Shown here piece after piece: positions 26,841 through 64,000 of a stretch of 64,000 bases of DNA (position 1 is the first letter of the stretch; each line of letters begins with the position of its first letter). The stretch is from positions 310,001 through 374,000 of the forward strand of contig JASANG010000440.1 in NCBI GenBank assembly GCA_030248215.1. Reading direction: 5' to 3'. The notes beneath the pieces are model-generated. The model worked only from the letters and a program-made list of their open reading frames with translations, searched no databases and had not been told where the DNA came from. The position numbers and the translations under genes were made by a program. The stretch is from Enoplolaimus lenunculus. Taxonomy: Eukaryota.

Positions 26841-27693
26841 TAATGAAATTATTTAAGGTAGAAATAAAATTAATAGGGTTTTAATTCAATTGAATGATTG
26901 TATTCGTGTTTGATTATGCTGAATATTGTATTTAATTTTCAGAAATACTTAAAAAATGCTAATTTACGTAAACATTACCACTTAAGCTTTAGCCTGCGGT
27001 GCAATCAAATTATTTCAATACAGCGAAGAATGAGTTAAAATTCTCTCAATGTCAGTTGTGGGCGAAAGCGTTTGAGTAAAAGTAACTCGTAGTAAACTCT
27101 TAAGCTTCATTCACACGTTCAAGTTTTTGAATCCGAAACTTGCAGCTGCAAAATTTGAAATGTATTTTGCGATAAATCTTTCGGTTGCAAGTTACTTGTG
27201 GTCATTTTTTCTGCGAAACTTTCACGTTTGAATTAAAAACATCTACCAACGACCCATCTTTTATCCGCTCCTGAAATTAAACCAGTATTTTAAAGTTCGC
27301 TGGTGATTTGCACTATAATGAAATATTGCGTTACAGCTCCAACGAATTTTAAGCATGAAAACTTACTAGAAACAGCAAAATTTCAAACCCAATTAAATAA
27401 ACCACAGAACTTTTGGTTTTTCAACGCTCACTGACCACCTTAATTAATAGCGTATGTTTTGCACCTTATTAACTCTTAAAAGCTTTGCTCGGGTAGGAAC
27501 TGTTAATTTTTTACCCATGTGATACAAGTCATTACCCGCGAGAATCCCCGCGGCCGAAATAACTTACTCAACCCGCGCGTACATCTGGGTACGGGTACCC
27601 GCTAATAACGTCCCTCCTTGATCCCATCTCCTCTACGGATCTCTTTAATTTTTTGTTCAACCTGCCCGAACTCTCAAAATCCTTTATTTTCAG

Positions 27694-28120
27694 TCGATCT
27701 CGGTCTAAATCTCAATCAAATTGCGGCGCCGCTAACCGAAGCCAAAGTGCTCACCAAATGCTCATGAGCACAAGCAGTTCAAGCGCAACCAGCTCAAACC
27801 TACGAGCAACAGAATGGTTGTACAACTCGATGCGATCTCCTAAAACACGCGATACTTCAGCTACAGCGCAACGTATTATTAATAATAATAATAACAACAA
27901 CAACAACAATAATAATAATAATAATGACAATAGTTGTGGTATACAACACGAGTTATCGTCAAAAACTGCCCACTTCATAACGAACCTTTCAGCGAAATGT
28001 AGTCGTCGACACAGCAACAATAGTGGTGGAACAACGAGTGGGGAAGCGACTGGTTACGACGGTGGGACGGTGCCGAGCATCTGCGAAGGAGTCACACCGA
28101 TCAAAAGCCCCGTAACTGAG
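27694..28120 (+). CDS. Membrane protein, next exon (basic juxtamembrane segment, Ser-rich, poly-Asn)
   Basis: TTTTCAG acceptor; phase 2 matches the previous exon (HR-R-RSRSK); donor GAG|GTAAGT at 28120. Confidence 0.8.
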
Positions 28121-28281
28121 GTAAGTCCATGAGCGAAGGGGGTGGCTATTGTGACCGTAATAAGGGTTTCAACTTAGACCGTAGCTCAAAATTTGTATCA
28201 AGGGCGTTCCAGTTGATACAGTTTGCAGTTTGTAAAACGTAAAATAGTTATTATATTAATCCTATTGTTCAAACATTTCAG

Positions 28282-29319
28282 AACTCTCGTTTTACATCTG
28301 AAAGTACCGATTTCTCTCGCAACCGCACTCCTGTAAGATTTTCAGCGTTCACTCCTGTTGCCACTAAAAAGCGACGGCCAAATGACTGTTGTTGCAATTA
28401 CAACACACCAGGAGGCGAACACAGCATGAATTCTCAATGTTTGTACCCCTTAATAGAACAGTACCCTATATATCAAACGTTAAACGATTCAACTCAACAA
28501 AACTTCGCTAACCATAATTCAGCCAATGGGAAACCTCCACACACCCCAAACCCACCAATCACACGCCCTAATTCGCAACATTACAGTCGCGCACAACGTC
28601 GGTGCATGCAAAATGTCGCGCGACACGGTGGTACGTACGAAGAAATAGGGCTCAAAGCAATGGAGCACAGAATATGCCAAGGAATGGGTGTTACTCCTCA
28701 TCGCAGGGGGCAATCAGTACCTCGTTGTAACCACGACCCAGGACAAGAGTACACCAGGGGGTCAAGTGTCCCAGTTGGAGGCGACAATGGTTTGAACAAC
28801 TTCCACCCCCGTCAAGAGTGTTGTGGCCATTCTCGAGTGTTCCCTAACGGCTGTTTTACACCATCCAGAACGTGTTTAACCAATCATTGCCATTATGGAC
28901 CTACCTCAAGCTATCATATATCTTCGATTGATTCAAACTGTGCCTATTGCTTCACTAACCCACCTTCGATGCCAGACAACGGGCCACACCCGTGCCGGAG
29001 TCACTCAAGTTTCTCAATTTGTCCAAATTCAGTTCAATCCAAATGTTTAAATTTCAATTTAAATAATTCTTGTTTCAATCAAAGTTCAGAAGTTAATTAT
29101 ACCGATTTTAACCCTTCAAATGACGCGAAACATTGCAACAATTCGCGTTGTGTCAAATGTGATAATCACATTGCGCAATCAAAGCCTAAACCTAAGCCTA
29201 AACCTAACTGCAAAGACAGCAACAATGAGCCGGTGTCTTGTAGTCAACCAGCCTTTGTCGTACCGCCACCGCCACCCTACACGTGTCGGACCCCTCAAAG
29301 GGAAAGCGAAATGGTCTAA
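28282..29319 (+). CDS. Membrane protein, terminal exon (disordered Cys/His/Asn-rich tail with YEEI and PPPPPY motifs)
   Basis: TTTCAG acceptor at 28281, phase 0, open through the listed ORF 28426-29319 to TAA. Confidence 0.8.
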   Translation, partial: NSRFTSESTDFSRNRTPVRFSAFTPVATKKRRPNDCCCNYNTPGGEHSMNSQCLYPLIEQYPIYQTLNDSTQQNFANHNSANGKPPHTPNPPITRPNSQHYSRAQRRCMQNVARHGGTYEEIGLKAMEHRICQGMGVTPHRRGQSVPRCNHDPGQEYTRGSSVPVGGDNGLNNFHPRQECCGHSRVFPNGCFTPSRTCLTNHCHYGPTSSYHISSIDSNCAYCFTNPPSMPDNGPHPCRSHSSFSICPNSVQSKCLNFNLNNSCFNQSSEVNYTDFNPSNDAKHCNNSRCVKCDNHIAQSKPKPKPKPNCKDSNNEPVSCSQPAFVVPPPPPYTCRTPQRESEMV

Positions 29320-29945
29320 ATTTGAAAAAAGGGTAGCTATGGCATTATAAGATGTTATTCGAAGCAAATTACCGTCTTCAGGTATTGATGATAAATAACG
29401 AAATATAACTTTGTAATTTTATATTATTTATTCGTTAATTACACCAGTGTCTTTGCCGTTTCAATAACTACTCAGCTAATGTCATATCCCAATTCGGAGG
29501 TCAAAGTATAACGAAGAGACTAACCAAAATGACGTACGTTCAGAGCCTTAATTGGCACGGATGGGGTCTTCCCAAAACTTCGTATGAGGGCCGCCATCAT
29601 GGACCCAGGACTTCTTGCCGCAGATCCAAGGTTTGGTGGAGCCCTCATCTTACGGTCGAGTTTCGGTTTGAGGACTAAAAACGACCATCCTGAAAATAAT
29701 TTCAGCGAAACATCGAAAATATTTGAGCTGACCAACGCTGAATTTATTGTTACAATGAAATAAACTTCGTGCGAATCGAGGAAATGTGTAAAAATCTGGT
29801 AAAACAGCTCATATTTTAGGTAAATGCTGGCTCAATTAATGTTTCGCGAACCAATGGGAATAAGCTTGAGTCACGCCGTAATCACCGGTTTATCACCAAC
29901 TTTTTTGATTGCATATTGGGAGCTGCTTCATCCCTTTGACCATCT

Positions 29946-30116
29946 GCCCAATGTAGGGTCGGAACCGTATTATAAGCTGATTTCTAATCCCAAGCCTCAG
30001 CCTAAGCATAAGCGTAAGCGTTAGAATGAGCATATTCCTAAGCCTAAGCCTAAGCCTAAGCCTAGCAAAAAAATAGTCAAAAAATACCGTTCCGCCCCCG
30101 ATCTTTTACATGGGCC
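29946..30116. mobile_element. Telomere-repeat-carrying MITE (reverse orientation)
   Basis: (GCCTAA)n core, flanks GACCATCT/GACCGTCT. Confidence 0.75.
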
Positions 30117-30151
30117 GACCGTCTTATGCTTTAATATCAAATTGCAGTCCG

Positions 30152-30369
30152 GGCCCATATTCTCAAATGCATATAGCACCTATCACCAATTAGTAATGTG
30201 TCTTCAAACTAACGAATTGCTGCAATTTCTGATCTCAAAATTTGCACATAAGTAGAGTAAATCGAAACTAATAAATGTGCTTAATTTCATACCTCATCAT
30301 TCCTGATTCGAACGTTACAAGACCTGTCTCTACTGGTAATAGATGCTACATACATTTGAAAATACGGCC
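30152..30369. mobile_element. MITE with ATTCTCAAATG...CATTTGAGAAT arms
   Basis: About 45-bp inverted arms; copies or ends at 34518-34730, 36810-37025, 37402-37445, 39848-40558 and 62380-62598. Confidence 0.65.
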
Positions 30370-31895
30370 TCTCAATTTAGCAACGAAGTCGATCTCGTCA
30401 TAGTTTAACCGTTCAAAAACGTCTCTAAAATATGTTTTAAAAATTGACACAAATATTTCAAAATATTAATGCTTCAGCTGAAATTTATGCCACAAATATT
30501 CGTTTTAAAGTTAGCCACATTATTACCAAAAATGCAACTGTATATAATTGCAAATAAATTTCTAAACTCGATCTTGGAGTTCGTTAAAAAACAACTGATA
30601 TTCGCAGATATCTTGTAAACCAAGAAAATATAGAAACCGTACGGTTTAAAATTTAAATATTTTCCTACCAGTTTTAAAAAATTACATCTTCTAAATACAT
30701 ATATACATACACATTATATATATTCATATATATATATATATATATATATCATATTCATCTGCATTAAAGCAAACGTCGTTAGCTTCAAATTCTAAGAACT
30801 AAAAAATTTTTCGTAATTTAAGTTTGATAACAGCACAACTCGTTTTTATTTTAATGGTTTCCTAAGATTCTTAGCATATTTTAACGAGAACCCCGGTTGG
30901 TTAATATTTTACAACTGCAAAACCATGCAGTTAGCAATGCAGTTGCACAATTAGCAATTTTATTTGCATATCTGTAAATTTTTGCAATATTTTTGGCAAT
31001 ATGTTACGATTTTTGCACATTATTCTCTCGGTTGCCAAAACTTTAGCGCAGTGCGTTTTTGTTGCGTTTGCAGAAACGGAAAAATTTTGCATTGTTTAAA
31101 CTGGTAAAATGTTTGCAAAATTCGACGTTTCAACTTAAAGTAAATTAGCAAATTTAGCACATTTTTAGGGCGTTTGTAAACGTTGTTGAAAAATTCTTAA
31201 AATACAACAGATTTAAACTTTCTATGGAATACACACACAAGCCACCGGTTTTGTGGGTGTTTCGCTAACTTAGACGCCCATGGGTGTCTCTGTTTTAGTC
31301 GTTGCCCTCCACAGCTTATATACACTGCAGTTTGTTACATTTTCGTCGAAATACCAAGCTTAAAATATGCAAACTAAAAACAATATTGCAAGCAGACTCA
31401 GCTTGCAAAAGGCATAAACCTCAATTTCTCAGTTTGTTTGCACAAAAATTGTCACTGCAGCGTATTCGTTTGCTGTACAACTGTTTTGAGCAAGCAAAAT
31501 TTAAAATATTCATAACAACCTATGACAAATGCTACTCGCTTAGTTTTCGTCGTAAGAAACTTTTCTTGCTAAACAAACGGATTGCGCTAAGCTAAGCTAC
31601 ATCATCTATACATCTACAGAAATTTCTGCAATTTTTACCGCAATATGCGTGACTATTGCACAAACGGGTGCAAGTGTCCCTATGTTTCGAGCTCAAAGAA
31701 TGCTGTCTTGTACAAGAAACGTTGCACTTTTATACACAGCTGTGGGCAAAAATATTTTAAGCCATTGGTGTCAAGTTTGATATACGTTTGTGTGTGTAAA
31801 ATTCGCTAAAAACAGTTTACTTCTCTAAGCTCGCGGTGCGCACGTATTTATTTGTACGTTTCGTAACTGCGTTCTGCTTCAGTTTGCATTTTTAG

Positions 31896-31990
31896 ACAAA
31901 CCTTATTTAGTGTTCTCGTTGTTGTACGCTAATAAGCTGTTTGCTGTATTATAACACCTTTGGGACGTCGAATTTACCCGATTTCAAAAG
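31896..31990 (+). other. Candidate non-coding 5' exon (or trans-splice acceptor region) of the myosin gene
   Basis: TTTTTAG at 31895, AAG|GTAATT donor at 31990, next acceptor TTTTAG at 32751 upstream of ATG 32798. E-box CAGCTG at 31737-31742. Confidence 0.4.
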
Positions 31991-32019
31991 GTAATTTGTT
32001 TGGTTTGGTTTCAAATTTT

Positions 32020-32250
32020 GACCCATGTAAAGATCAGGGGCGAAACTTTTTTTCTGTGGGACTGCAATAGAGTAAGCTTAAGCTTTAGAATTATTTTTTC
32101 GCTTGGCTTCGGATAAAGCTTAGGTTTAGGAGTATGCTCATTCTTATGCTTAGACTTAGGCTCAGGAATATGATATGCTCATTGCTACACTTAGGTGTAG
32201 GTATATGCTTATAATACTGTTCCGCTCCTGTTCTTTACATTAGCCATGGC
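32020..32250. mobile_element. Telomere-repeat-carrying MITE, subfamily A
   Basis: CCCATGTAAAGATCAGGGGCG left end, CTTTACATTAGCC right end. Confidence 0.75.
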
Positions 32251-32797
32251 CAAAATTTTTAATCATTATTTGAAAATTTCTTTTCATAAATTAAAGTAAA
32301 AAGCGATAGGTCTTTAAACAAGCGAACTATTATAGATTTTGGTAAGCCTAAGCCTTAGTCTAAGCAAAAAATTTGTTTATAGCATACTTAAGCCTAATAT
32401 ATTGTAGGCAAACAGAAAAACGTTCCACTCCTGATCTTTTATATGGATGAAATTCGCTTGTCTAAACTTCTATTGCGAACTGGTTATAGGTCCTACACCC
32501 ATTTGAGAAGACGGGCTCAGAAGCGCGGCCGGCATTTTTAGACTGAAACAATATAAAATGTAAAATAAATATCATTTGACTTCTAAGATTTCGAAGGTTA
32601 TTCCAAAGCCTGTTAAAGGTGCACTTTGATGTGTCCAGATATTTCGAAATGTAATATATTCTTTTCTAACCTTCGCCTTGAATCATTCACTGTTATGAAA
32701 AATGAAAAAAATTTAATTTTTTCTTCAATTGAAGGATTTGTTTTGTTTTAGAATTTCCTACAGTTAAACCAAGTCAACTGATTAAAACACTGCAATC

Positions 32798-64000
<31,203 letters not shown>

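Overview
AT-rich, intron-rich eukaryotic DNA, almost certainly from a nematode. Two lines of evidence support this: abundant TTAGGC telomeric-type repeats, and myosin signatures such as [21 protein letters not shown] and RNVRSWCTLRTWEW. Three genes are supported. (1) The 5' end of a minus-strand RS-rich RNA-binding protein with an hnRNP F/H-like RRM (<18-407). (2) A plus-strand, 3-exon, single-pass membrane protein with a long low-complexity tail (about 25797-29319). (3) A sarcomeric myosin II heavy chain gene (32798 to beyond 64000) for which I reconstructed 36 exon positions in frame. The most interesting observation is a pair of duplicated 119-nt exons in the myosin gene (41184-41302 and 42175-42293). 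They encode the cardiomyopathy (CM) loop and can only be used mutually exclusively, a strategy known from arthropod Mhc genes but not typical of nematodes. Introns and intergenic DNA are packed with non-autonomous elements. The most striking is a very abundant GGCC-terminated, 8-bp-TSD (Merlin-like) MITE family that carries (TTAGGC)n telomeric arrays. There are also CACTG-ended, TA-flanked, hAT-like and Harbinger-like MITEs, tRNA-like repeats and several minisatellites. No autonomous transposase, rRNA or CRISPR is evident. All calls come from manual reading; no database searches were run.
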